From Balamuthia mandrillaris (lineage: Eukaryota), in assembly GCA_031835245.2 (NCBI GenBank), contig JAVKOQ020000077.1, forward strand, positions 1 to 64,000: a stretch of DNA of 64,000 nucleotides, read 5' to 3'. The notes under the pieces are model-generated. The model was not told where the DNA came from. It worked only from the letters and a program-made list of their open reading frames with translations, and made no database searches. Below are positions 38,188 to 50,894 of the stretch, in pieces (the first letter of the stretch is position 1; each line of letters begins with the position of its first letter). The position numbers and the translations under genes are program-made.

Positions 38188-41100
38188 GCTTATGCGAAGC
38201 GAGGAACACCACTACATGTGGCCGCACGCCTGCCAGACCATCACATTTTGGAGTATTTGCTGACGAACGAGCTAAACCCAGTGAAGGCGTGGCAGTTAAC
38301 CAACCTGGACGCCCTTCACGGCAAAAGCCCACTAATCATCGCTGCTGGTGGTGGTAACCTTGCCTCTGTCCGATTGTTGCTCAATAAGTTCAGTTCTTCT
38401 CCTCCTTTTACATTGCATTAACGCTTGAACGTGACGCTGACGGTAACAAACCAACAAAAGAGCAGAAGAACTGGGCTGTTTAATTCTTGTGCTGGGTCAG
38501 TTTGACAACAATGGATTTGGCCCGCTGCAAGCTGCTGTATGTTCCAGCAACGTGGAATGTGTGAAGGCTCTCCTTGAGCGAGGTTCGCTTCTCCTCCTTT
38601 TATTCTCGCCAGCTCCCTTCTTTTTTTAAAAAAATAATTCGTATCCTCTTGCTGACCCACAACACTAATTGCGATATGAAAAAACCAACACAGGTGCTGC
38701 TACTGCTCAACGGTTCGGCGGGGAAGAGACGGATGATACGCCGCTACATTTGGCAGCCTTTTTTGGCTATGAAGACATTGTACAGTTGTTGGTCAGTGAT
38801 AAGCAGCTGCGCACGTCTTGGGCATCCAGCGTTGGCGAGACGCCGCTACACAAAGCTGCCAGTAGAGGTCATACTGAAATCGCGCGCATTCTCCTTCAGA
38901 ACGACGCGGAAATCAACGCCAAGGACGCCATGGGTTGCACTCCCTTGCATCGGGCCTGCTCCTTTGGTCATATCGATATGGCAGGACTTCTGTTGGAACA
39001 AGGAGCAGATGTAAACAGCAGGAATAACGTGGGAATTACCCCTTTCTTCAAGGCTCGAGAAGGTACTTGCGCTCGTCTTTTGTGTGTACGTGTGTGTTTT
39101 TTTTTTGCTTCGTTTAACTTTGAGAGCATTTCCTTCCTTTTGTTGGTATGCTTGGACTACAGACCTTAAAATTCGTTGGAAGCGACGGCATACACGCGGA
39201 GACGCACCTTGTCGTCGCAGCGGACACACGGCGACCAAGGTTGGCACAAAGCTATATGTATTTGGTGGCTACGATGGCAAAACCTATTGTAATGACCTCC
39301 ACGTCTTCGATACTGACTCCTCGGTTTGGTACCGTCCCGAATGTAAAGGGGATGCTCCGGCACCTCGTACCATGCATTCTGCTGTGTTGCATGATCATCA
39401 CATCTTTTTCTTTGGCGGATGTGACAACACCAGCCACTTCAGTGATCTCTTCCTCCTAGACACCGGTTTGCTCTCCCCTCTCCCTCCCTCTTCATTTTTA
39501 TTTACTTTCTTTGTCATTGCCTTTATTTGTTCTAGTTACTTTCACTTGGGCAAAACCAAAGGTCCATGGCTCCCAACCATCTAAACGAAGTGGACATAGC
39601 GCCACCCGTTTTGGTCACCAGATCTTTTTCATTGGTGGTTATGAATCTAGCTCCTATTTCGATGATATTTACATTTTAAATTGTGGTAGGCTTACTCACT
39701 ATCCACTCTTTTTATTTTTATTTTTTTGATATTCACCTTCTATTTATTTACCAAAAAGAAACCTTGACTTGGAGTAAGGCAAGCATTACTGGAGACCAGT
39801 TCCCAGCCAGAGCATGGCATTCAGCCACACAAGTGCGATCCAAACTATACGTGTTTGGAGGTTGCGGGGAACACATGCTCAATCAGCTTTATGTGCTTGA
39901 TCCTGGGCCAACGGTCCACTGTACTTTACTACAGGTAGACCCTCTTTTCCTTCTAGAGTCCTAAAAGCTCTACCTCCCGGTCTTAATATTCGCGTTTCTT
40001 TTATAACAAAAATTTTCCAGACTAGAGGAGATGAGGTATCTCCTTGCAGTGGCCATGCGGCAACGCTAGTTGGGTCTCAATTGTACTATGTGGCAGGAGG
40101 AATGTTTGATTCCTTTATTGATAACATTCGCATTTTGGACGTGGACACATCCACGTGGCGGTGTCAAGAGGTTTGGCATCTTGGTGCTTACGTTGGTTGT
40201 CTTTACTTTGCTCATTTGAAATTGCTATTCCTTTAATTTTAGGGCCAACGTAACCTTGGCAAGCAAATGCAAAGAGATTCTCTCTGTTCTCCTTCATTGA
40301 ACTTGATAGGAACAAAGCTGTTTTGTTGTTTTGAAGGAAAAAATAAGGAACCTGAGCTTTGTGTAAATACTTTTGAAACAGGTATTATGTGCGGTTTTGT
40401 TTTGTTTTGTTTTGTTTTTTTTTTTTGCACCAGTTATGTGTTTAGAATCATTTGCCTGACGCCTTGCTATTTTAAATTTCAGGAAAACGCAACTCGCTCC
40501 AATCTGATTTGCGAAGTGCATTACTGAGCGGAGAGTTCACCGATTTGACCCTTTGCTTTCCCAACGAAGAGAATAAACAGATACAGTGCCACAAGGTCAT
40601 GCTTGCTGCGCGATCTGCTCGATTTAGACAGCTTTTAGAGAAATACTTAGGGGGTTCCTCTGGGGACTCCTCTTCTACTCTATTAGAAATAACCGACATG
40701 AAATATGATGTTGCTGTCGACTTGGTAGAAATTTGTTATAGTGACATGTTGGCCCAATGTCCACCCCACGCCACCGAACTGTTTCGTACTGTAAAAGACT
40801 ACATTTCTACCGCCTTCAGGCCCGCCCTTTCCTCTCTTATGCAAAACACCAAAGTACTGTTCCTCCCCCTTTTCTCTGCCTTAGCGTTGAAAGAAGCAGT
40901 GGTTTTCTCTAACTCTGAACACACCTATAATAGGTGGCATCGAACTTAGGACATGACTTGAAAGAAGGAGCATTAGGCTCAAGTCAATTCAGCGATGTGG
41001 AGTTCGTAGTGGAGGGTGTGATTGTACCAGGGCACAAGGTCATCATTGCCGCGCGTTGCCCTCACTTCCAAGCCATGTTCATGGGAGGCATGAAGGAAAG

Positions 41101-41584
41101 CAGAGAAAAACAGATAGAGGTGCCTTCCATTCCACATTCAATCTTCATGCTCGTGATGGAATTTCTCTACACGGATGCTGTGGAATGTCTTCCCGCTCTG
41201 TCTCCGAACGACACCATTGAGCTGCTCTCCGTAGCCAATCTCTACACATTGGACTACTTGAAGCAACTATGCGAGGAACGCTTGTTGGCATTCATCAACG
41301 CGGAGAACGTGTGGCTGCTGTTCCAGGCCGCTCTGCTCTATCATGCCGAAAAGCTTCGTTCTGTTTGTTGGAAGTACCTCGAAGCCAACCCTCAGCTCAT
41401 TCACGACCTGCTGGCTTTTGCTGAATCCTCTGCCAGCAACAATGACGGCATGACGTTGGAGGAAACAGAGGAGGAGGAAGACACACCTTCAAATATCCAA
41501 AAGCTCAGCGACGACGTTTGGCAGGAGTTAGTGCAGGTCTGCACCCAGTGGAAGCGAAGTTTACACCACCAAACCAAAGAGTAA
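37655..41584 (+). CDS. Ankyrin-repeat + Kelch-repeat + tandem BTB(-BACK) protein (LZTR1-like with N-terminal ankyrins); spliced
   Basis: Ankyrin TPLHVAA, TPLHLAA, TPLHKAA and TPLHRAC. Kelch RSGHTATKVGTKLYVFGGYDG-type repeats (~39200-40380). BTBs FTDLTL..CHKVMLAARS and FSDVEFVVEG..GHKVIIAARCPHF..MKES. Confidence 0.88.
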
Positions 41585-41631
41585 ACTTTGCAACTTTGCT
41601 TCCGTCATCCCTAACGTCTGCTTTTGCACTG

Positions 41632-41674
<43 letters not shown>

Positions 41675-42054
41675 GGATGTACTCGCATAACGGCACGTGG
41701 GGGGGGGGGGCAGTCCTGCGGCGGAAATTTGCCAAAAACCAAGGAAAGTGAGAAGGGGTGGTACTACCGGCGGGGGATACCATTGGTACGCGTGTCCCTT
41801 CCTCCCTGGCAATACTTATTCACAGAAAAAAAGAAACCCTCCTCCCCCCCTCCCTTCCAAAATAAAACCACCACATTGGTGGTGGTGGGGCATTACAATG
41901 GGAGTAACCACCAACAACCAAGCCTTCTTCCAGTGGCAAGGACTGCAACACAAACCAACTTGTGGTAACCAACCCAACCCGCACCCCCAAAAGCCCCAAA
42001 AGTAATTTGTAGCCAAAGTCCGTTAGGGCAAAGCATTGGTAAGACACTAGCAGC

Positions 42055-45000
42055 ATGGATTGGCTGGCAGGGATCTTTCAGCCACACCCGTTCATGGCGG
42101 GCCTCCTTCCGGCCGAACAACAGCCACGGCAGGGTCACACCGGGAGGGAAGGTGCCTTAGGGAGGTACCTCGGCCCCAACTCCAACGACCGCAAACGAGA
42201 AAGAAAGGAGAGACGCGCTACGTCGGCCCTTTCTTCAGTGGGTTGGAGCAGAAGACAAAGAAGACACAAAAGAGCGCTGCTGGAGAAAGAGAAGGTGAAG
42301 GAGGAAGAAGGAGAAGAAGAGTTAGGCGAAGGAGAGGAATGGTCGGAGAACGAGGGTGGCTCCTCGCCAGTAGTGCGACAGACGACGACAGAAGAGCCGT
42401 TGTTGGCTTCTTCTCACGTTCAGCTGAGCAACAGCGGGGACAGAAACAAAGAGGTTGTAGCTGCTGTGGAAGCGTCTCCCTCATACTTTGATGGGCTGCT
42501 TCACGATCGCCCGAGCTTTGATTTCGGAGTAGCAGCAGACACAACGACTCCACAGAGCAGCTCCTCGTCCTCCTCCACTTCGCCAGAACAAAGGCTGTTG
42601 GACGCCATCAACAAAGGTTTAAACTTAATACTGCTTCATTTTGCTCTTTTATTTGTTCTCCTCTCATTTTTCGTGTTGGGGAATGGAACAGAGAAAGTTA
42701 GCGACGTAAGACGACTATTGAAACACGGCACGAAAACAGGACTTGACCTCAATGCCATCAAAGTGCAGAGAAAGAAAGAGGGACAACCGGCAGCGACTGC
42801 TAACGGCAGGCGAAAAGGGCATCAACAGCGCGTAAAGAACGAGTTTCCATGGGAGGGATGGAGGCCTCTCCATGTGGCTGCGTGGCGAGGACGTTGCGAG
42901 ATTATCCAAGCCTTGCTTGACGCTGGTGCTGAGGTCAACTGTCGCAACGATGCTCAACAGGTGCAGCCCCTTTGTTTTTTTTTCTCCTTTCGATCTTCAC
43001 TTCGAAGGAGCGAAATAGGAACATGCTAACCGTTCATAACGGTTCTGATGTATACGTAGACGGCACTGCATATCGCAGCCTTGAGGGGTCATGTTGATGC
43101 TGCTCGTTTGTTGTTGTGTCATGGCGCTCTGGTCGACGCACCTAATCCTCGTCGCTTTAACCAGACGCCGTTGCAAATTGCTTCACTCAAAGGGTTCTCT
43201 TCTTCTCTCCTCATTTTTTCACGGAGCAGAAATATTAACAGTTATATGCAGCCATGCTCGAGTGATAGAGTTGTTGCTATCACACGAAGCAAACATCAAT
43301 GCACAGAACGGCAACCCAACAGGTCCACGAAGTCCCCTTCAATTGGCCACAAGAAACGGGCACTTGGACGCCATTCAAACGTTAATATATCATGATGCAG
43401 ATTTAAACACGGTGGAAAACGGCTACACGATTATGACAACCGCTGCTCTGCATTACAACGCGTTAGTGGTGGATTACTTGTGTCCCATTGTATACAACCG
43501 AGACGTTGCTGCGCAGGTCAAGAAGAACGAGTTGGATGTGGCCACGCAAACGTGCAATGCTGAGTTGTTGACGAAGCTCCTTCAGAATGGATGCTTGAAT
43601 CGGATGGCCCACAGCAGTGAGGCTGCAGACCCCGCTACCTACTTGAAAGCAGCCATTGTTCGCGGTCATCTCGATGTTGTTCGCACGTTGCTACCGTTCT
43701 GTCCTTCTGGGTCTCTTGACAACCAACAGGGGTGAGTATATATCCACTTCTTCTGGTTCTTCTTTTCTTTCCATGTCGCCGCTATGATTAAGTGAGAACA
43801 CGAATCTAGTGCTGTAATCCGTCTTGCAGCTGCCCAAGATAACGCCGACATCGTAGAGACTTTGTTGCGAACAGGTGTATCACCAAATGTGGATGCTAGC
43901 GTAGAAAGCCCGCTATCCATCGCTACCAGGAAAGGTTTTGCAAGCGCTGTTTATTGTCTGTTGGAGCATGGCGCTGATGCCAATCGCTATGAGCAGCGAG
44001 ATGGTAACTCTGCTATCCACATTGCTGGTACGCACAGTTAACTTTACTCGTTTAATTCCTCTTTTTGTTTGTTTTGCCACACACATACTGATGTACATCC
44101 GCTAAATATAGCGGAGGGAGGGCACTTGGAAATCGTTCGTATGTTGGCCAACAAAACAACCAACTTGAACAAAGCAAATAGCTTTGGGCAGGCACCCCTC
44201 CACATGGCTGCAAACGCAGGGCACCAAGTGGTGCTAAGTATCCTACTGGAAGCGGGAGCAGACGTGAACCTTCGCAATCGCAAACGTTACGGTCAAACCG
44301 CTCTTCACTTTGCTGCGGCAAAAGGTCATCTCTCCTGCGTGGAAACCTTGATTCAAGCAGGAGCGGATGTGAACGCTAAGAAAACCAACCGAGTAGGTCC
44401 ACAAACGGCACTCGAAATGGCGCGAAGCAAAGGCCATAAAGATGTGGAGGACGCACTCCGTAGAATGGGGGCGGAGGAAGGCCGCTCTCATCAAAATGCC
44501 CACGATCACATTACCACCTCCGTGCAGTTGCTGACATTTGATGATGAAGTCCCAGAACAATTCTCTTACGTCTCAACGAGCAGCTATAGCACTTTTGGCA
44601 TGGATTCCAAGCTAGCAACGGAGACACAAGCTCGATCTCCTCCTGTAACGGCCTCTTCGACAACTGCTACTGCTTCCTATTACTGTGGCCCGTGGAAAAC
44701 AGTTCGCCTCTTTTTGTCTTCTACTTTCGCCGACATGCACTCCGAAAGGGATCATCTGGTAAAGCACGTTATTCCCAAGCTGCGAGAGAAATGTGCACAG
44801 CGGAAACTGCACTTGGTGGACGTGGATCTTCGTTGGGGAGTAACTGAGGAGGAATCCAAGAGCGGCAAGGTGTTGGCCTTATGTCTTAGCGAGATCTCCA
44901 ACTGCGAGATCTTTTGTGGCTTGTTGGGAGAGCGCTATGGCTGGGTGCCCTCTTGGGATGACGTTCCTATCGATGTGAAACTGTCGTATGCCTGGCAGAG

Positions 45001-48000
45001 AGATGCCTCCGTCACGGAGATGGAGATACAACACGGTGCTTTGAGGAGAGTCAACGACCCGAACTGTTGTGCTTTGTTCTATTTGCGGGACTCATCCAGA
45101 TTTGTCAAGCGCTTGCCCGCTCAGGTTTGCATTTTTATAAAAATTTCTTCTTATGTAGTAATCGATTTTTGTAACTCACCACTTGGTCACCATAGTGGAA
45201 GAAAGTATTCCAAGAAGAGGACCAAGAAAAGTTGACCAAACAGCAGCAACTGAGAGAAATGGTAAAGAGCACACGGTATCCTTGCTTTGATTATAGTCCT
45301 GGATTAGACGAGTGCCAACTTGGCCAAGTCCCCAAGCTCATTGATTTGGAAGCCTTTGGAGAACGCTTCTTTGCAGACGTGTGGGCCATTATCGACCAAA
45401 AGTATCCCTACAATCCGCTCCCACCTGATCCGATGCAACTCGAAAGGTAGCACCTTTCCCCTCTCGCCCTCGCTTTGCATTTGTGCTGCTGTTTGACAAG
45501 TTCTGTTATCTGCTGCTTATCTAGAGCACTGCATGAAGAGTTCAAGGAGACACGTAATAGGAACTTTGTAGGTCGTTCAGCTGTTGTTGAAGAAATCATG
45601 GACTATATTCGTGGGGCTAACAACAAACCTCTGGTTGTCCAAGGCGAGCCTGGCAGCGGCAAAAGTGCTATCATGGGCCATATTGCTGATAAGTATGTTT
45701 ATCTTTCTCTATTTCGCTCTGAGTAGCATTCGCATAACAAAAAGCACTATCATAGATGCGCTCGTGAGATTGATATGTTTGTAATAACCCACTTTGTGGG
45801 TGGCACACCTTCTTCAACTTCCGTTCGTCAAACGCTGCTGCGCTTTTGCCACGAGATTAAAACCCACTTTGGCTTTTGGTAGGACTACATCTTCTCTCTC
45901 TCTCTCTCTCTCTCTCTTCTGCACTACCGACCAAATAATGATATTTTTCAACAACAAGGACTGAAATAAATAGCGATAGCTTTGAGGACCTCAAGCGCAG
46001 CTTTGCTGATATCCTGGAAGAAACCGCAAGGGACCGAAGAAAAGTGCTCATCGTCATGGATGCTCTTAATCAATTGGATCACTCTGATCGTTCTCATGAC
46101 ATGGACTGGTTGCCTCGTGTACTGCCTGAAGGCGTTAAAATGGTGATGTCATGTTTGCAAGGAGATTGTCTGAACGTCCTTCTTCAGAGGAACGTTCCTA
46201 TAGCACATGTTGGCGCTCTTACACCAGAAGACAGGTATTGTGCTCTCTCTCTCTCTCCCCCTCGTATCATTCTGACCTGTTGCTGCGCTTCAAGTCAAGA
46301 GATCGTCATACAAACACTGAACGAATATCAGAAAAAGTTGCAAGCAGACCAAATGGAGAGCTTGATGCGTAAAAAAGATTCCTGCAATCCCTTATACCTA
46401 GTTGTCGCTTGTGAAGAGTTGCGTGTCTTTGGCAGCTTTGAGAAAGTGAAAAGCAAGATTCAAAGTATGGCCGAGACTGTACCTGCTCTATTTGATCAAG
46501 TGCTTGTTCGCTTGGAAGAAGAACATGGAAAGGTTTGTCTGTGTAGCTTTTCTTTTTGCTCTTCAAACGTGCTAACACTGTACATCACAGACATTGGTTA
46601 GAGATGCTCTTGCTCTATTGGCAAGCTCACGACATGGGCTGTTGGAAATCGAAATGCTGGATTTATTGGGTGTAAACAGCTCCATATGGAGTAGTCTCTA
46701 TCTGAGTGAGTTTCTTCATTGCCTGCCAATGATTGCACTTTACATGTTCTCCGTTTTCTGACAATCGCATACACATTTGTTACATTGACTAGGTCTGAAG
46801 CTGTTCCTGAGGCCAATTGGAAAGTCTGGAGAAGGTGTACTTGACTTCTTCCATCGACAATTAGCCAAAGCAGGTAACGTATAACTTGATATTTTTTTAT
46901 CTGACATTGTCTTTTTTTACAAACTTACTCTCCAAATAAATATACAGTCCACAGAAATTATCTGAGTGTAGAGGAGGATGCACGGAACTATCATGAACGA
47001 CTTGCAAACTACTTCATGGCAAAGTCCACTCCTTTGGGCCAGCAAGAACCAGAATGGCAACCAGATCGGAATCCTCGTGCTATTTTGGAGTTACCCTATC
47101 ACCTCACCCTTGCCGCCAAATGGTACCATTCTTTCCATTGAGAGCTCAACAGTATTGATTCCATTCTGTTCCAATTGCTCATCCGAACTCTTCAAAGGGA
47201 TCAACTTGGAGCATCATTAGCCAATCTCAAGTTTATGGAGGCCAAGTGTTTGCTTGGTGGCAGCTATGGACTGGTGGAAGACTATTTACGAGTACAGCGA
47301 CATAAGGGAGATGGAACCTGTCCCGCTGCGTTCTTCCGCTCACGAGAGATAGAAAAATGCGGAGAGTTTGTGTTACGCAACATCCATGTGTTGTCCTCTC
47401 ATTCTAAATTAGTCTTGCAGCAACTCGTTAATTTCCACGATGAGGAGTTTTCTGCTGTTCTTTACAAGGAAGCAACGGAGATCTTACAGATGGAGAACAG
47501 GCCTTACGTACTGTGGACCAACAAGCCAAAAGAACTAGCAGATTTATCAAAGCTTTCCTTTGTAGCTCAATCTGAAGTCAACTGTGTAAGCTTCTCGCCT
47601 GACGGACAGAAACTATTAACAGCGTATAAGGTACGCCATTTCTTTCTTTCGTTTCGGTGGCTCTTGTTTTCGTTCTTCTCTCCTGCTAACGTGATGATTG
47701 AAACAGGATGGAAGTCTTCGGGTATGGAATATTCAAACAGGACAAGAGCTAAATTTTATGCGAGCTCATGAAGCCCGTGTTACGGCCTGCCAATATTCGC
47801 CTTGTGGCAAATACTTTGTGTCTTCCTCCGGCGACGGAACTGTGAAGAGTTGGGATGCACAATCCTGCCAACTACTGACCAAGATCGTACACCATGATAG
47901 CAAAGAGGTTGGTCATTTCTGCCTCTATTTCTCTGTTGTTCTCGTCTTCTAAATATTTCATTTTTGATTCTTCTTCAAACAGGTATTATGTTGCAGCTTC

Positions 48001-50671
48001 ACAAGAGATGGCAAATATTTGGCCTCCGGCGGAGAAGACGGAGAGCTCAAACTGTGGCATGCCTCTGCATTGGCAAGCGGAAGTCACCTCAGCAGCTCAT
48101 CTCCTTATAGGGTATTAAGAGGGCATACGGCGGCCGTCAGCGGCTGCAACTTTAGTCCATGTGGCAGGTTTCTTGTCACAACATCCTACGACAAGACGGC
48201 CGTTGTTTGGGACATTTCTGGTTCCACAAGCCGGCAATACTCCGTGCTTATTGGCCACACAAAGATTGTGAATGTACATAGTTTGCTTTGCTCTTTTTGT
48301 GCCTCTCTTGCTTTCATTATTTGTACTAACTACCAAACAAGGCATGTTCCTTTTCCATGGATGGAGAGCTGATAGCAACGGCTGGCCAAGATAAGACTGT
48401 CAAAATATGGGATAAGAGTGGTACTCTGCAAACCACCTTAGCCGTTCACTCTGACAACGTTTTTAGTTGCCAGTTTAGCAACAAAGATCGCATACTACTA
48501 ACGGGATCATGGGACAAGACCATTATCGCTTGGGACGTTCGCACACCGCGAAGCCCTCGCCTGCTCGCTACGATTGGTGGACACGGACACTTTGTGAACA
48601 GTGTGGCCTTTTCTTCGTCTAACGAATGGATTGCTTCCGGTTTGATTCTTATTATTGTCTCTTCTGCTATCTTTTTCTGATTGCGTTCATCTTTAATAGG
48701 ATCGGTTGATATGTCAGCCAAACTATTTGATGCGAGCAGCTTGCTTCATGCTCGCTTCTCGTCTGTAGGCACGCCAGCAACGCTCAGCAACGATGAGCAG
48801 AAAAAGAAGCACAAGAAGATGATACGAGCGCTTCACTTCTGCTCTGCAAAGGACATACTCGCAACTGGCAGCTGGGATAAGACGGTCAAGATTTGGACTA
48901 AAGACGGCAGACTACTCAGCACCATTTCAGGTCACGCTAAAAGAGTCAACGCCTGTCGATTCTCTCCTGATGGCAGCAAACTGGCCAGCGGTTCCATGGA
49001 CTCTACGTTGAAGGTGTGGGACACAGACACCGGAGATGAACTTATCACTTTGAATGGACATTCTCTGAACGTTTTTTGCTGCGCCTTTTCACATAACGGC
49101 CAATACTTGGTTTCTGGTTCTGCAGGTGTGTCCCATTCTTCTATGAATTTCTCATTGTTTTTAACCCCTACGTTAAGATAAGACTCTCCGGTTGTGGGAC
49201 GTGGAGTCTGGCGACACGTTGGGAATACTCTCTGGCCATCAAGACTGGGTTACTGCTGTGGCGTTTGCTCCATTTAGTCGTCGCATCGTCTCTGGTAGCA
49301 AGGATGGCACTCTCAGGATATGGAACAGCGTGACGGGTGAAGGCCTCGAAACCATCCAAGCTCATACCTCCACTATCTTGGATGTCAAGTTCTCTTCTGA
49401 TGGAAGATATATTGTCTCGGTTGCAGAAGATAAGACCATTCGTGTATGGGATGGCTTCACCTATGAAGAGAAGCAAACTCTTAGAGGTATGCTATTGATT
49501 CCTTTCTTCTTTTGCGTGCTCTCTTATCTTATCTGATGATGTCACGTACAGGCCATTCTCACGAGGTTACTGCCGTTGCGTTCATGCCCTCCGCTGAGGA
49601 CGGGACTTGTTCAGAGTTTATTGCATCGGCATCTTCTGATAAGTCTGTTAGATTGTGGCACATTCCAACTGGGGTATGTCTGCACTTAAAAGCAAACAGG
49701 TTTTAGGGTAAGAATGCAGCATCTAACATCATGGCATTTGTACAACTTTATTGATAGGAGGAAAGATGGTGCTTCTTTGGTTCAAGCGCCGTGATGTCAT
49801 TGGATGTGATAAATAACACAACCTTAGCAGCAGGAGACAGTCTTGGCAATATGTACATTCTTCGACTATATGGCCCGATGCTGGAAGGTAATTTAAATAA
49901 CTGTTGACGTTTATTCTTATGCACTAATTGTTTCTTTTCGCCTTATTCAGAAGTGGGAGACGGCTCAATTCATTGCCTTGATTTACGAGTGGGCCATGTG
50001 CTTCAAGTCAGAAAACATGAGAATGCAGATACTCTCTATGTATCGCAAGTTGACCTCGGTGAGAGCAAACCCAGACAGGTAGTGAGCGGTCTCGTCAAGC
50101 ACCTGTCTATCCACCAACTTCAAGGCGAGAAGGTTGTAGTACTTTGTAACGTCAAACCCAGTCGTTTGAAAGGTTCGTGCAACACTTCCTGTTGTTCTCG
50201 TTCTTCTTGTCTTCGGCTCTTCCTGTTTTGTTTGTTTGTTAGTAAGTTTGTATTTTTCTTCCAATTATCGGTTCTAACTGTTCTATTGCATGTTAGGCAT
50301 TGAATCGCAAGCGATGATAGTAGGCGTTTCAGCAAATGATCCTTCAGCTAGACCTGCCGTGGAGCTTCTTCTTCCCCCACAAGGTAAATTATCCTCTTAC
50401 CGCCATTCAGTGCTCCGTGGTTTTTTCTTTTAAACTTTATACTGATGTAATGATAGACGCACCCGTTGGCGATCGTCTTTTCTTTGGCCCTAATCCACCA
50501 CCGCAAAGGCCGCTTGAAACCATCGACTTTAAGGACGTGATGGCCGCTTTTGGAGAGGAGCTGCGAACAGACGCTCGTGGCCAAGCGCATTACCGTGACC
50601 AGCCCTTGCTCTCGTCCAGCACGGGAGCCGGCTGCTTCGCCCCCTCCATTCGTTTCGGCCACGTGGCGTGA
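42055..50671 (+). CDS. STAND NTPase: ankyrin repeats - DUF4062 - NACHT - WD40 repeats - EMAP-II/Trbp111-type tRNA-binding domain; many exons
   Basis: Ankyrins ~42850-44460. DUF4062 WKTVRLFLSSTFADMHSERD..VDLRWGV..CLSEI..LLGERYGWVP..SVTEMEI (~44693-45035). Walker A GEPGSGKS (45643-45666) and Walker B-like VLIVMDALNQL (46044). NPLYL motif. Many GH..WD repeats ~47580-49870. LDLRVGHV..HENADTLYVSQVDLGESKPRQVVSGL..VLCNVKPSRLK|GIESQAM (49953-50671). Confidence 0.85.
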
Positions 50672-50894
50672 GGTTTTTCTCAGCAAGCAGAGGAGGACTC
50701 CACCGCGATGGCAGTTATCTCGTCGACAAAAATTCGACAAATGTCGACACAAAGAAAGCTATTGACTGAAGGAACCAACCTCATAGGCATTGTTAGGATC
50801 CTATTAGAAACAATAAAGAGTAACAGTACTTTTGTTGCGGGAGCAGGCAGAGGGGAGCGAGAAGGGAGAGCCCCCCAGAAAATAAAAACAACAA

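Noticed and set aside
41690..42000. G-runs and a small hairpin (ccaccacattggtggtgg) upstream of the STAND gene as a possible ncRNA
   Set aside because: No tRNA, snoRNA or snRNA hallmarks were recognised; it is probably promoter or UTR sequence.
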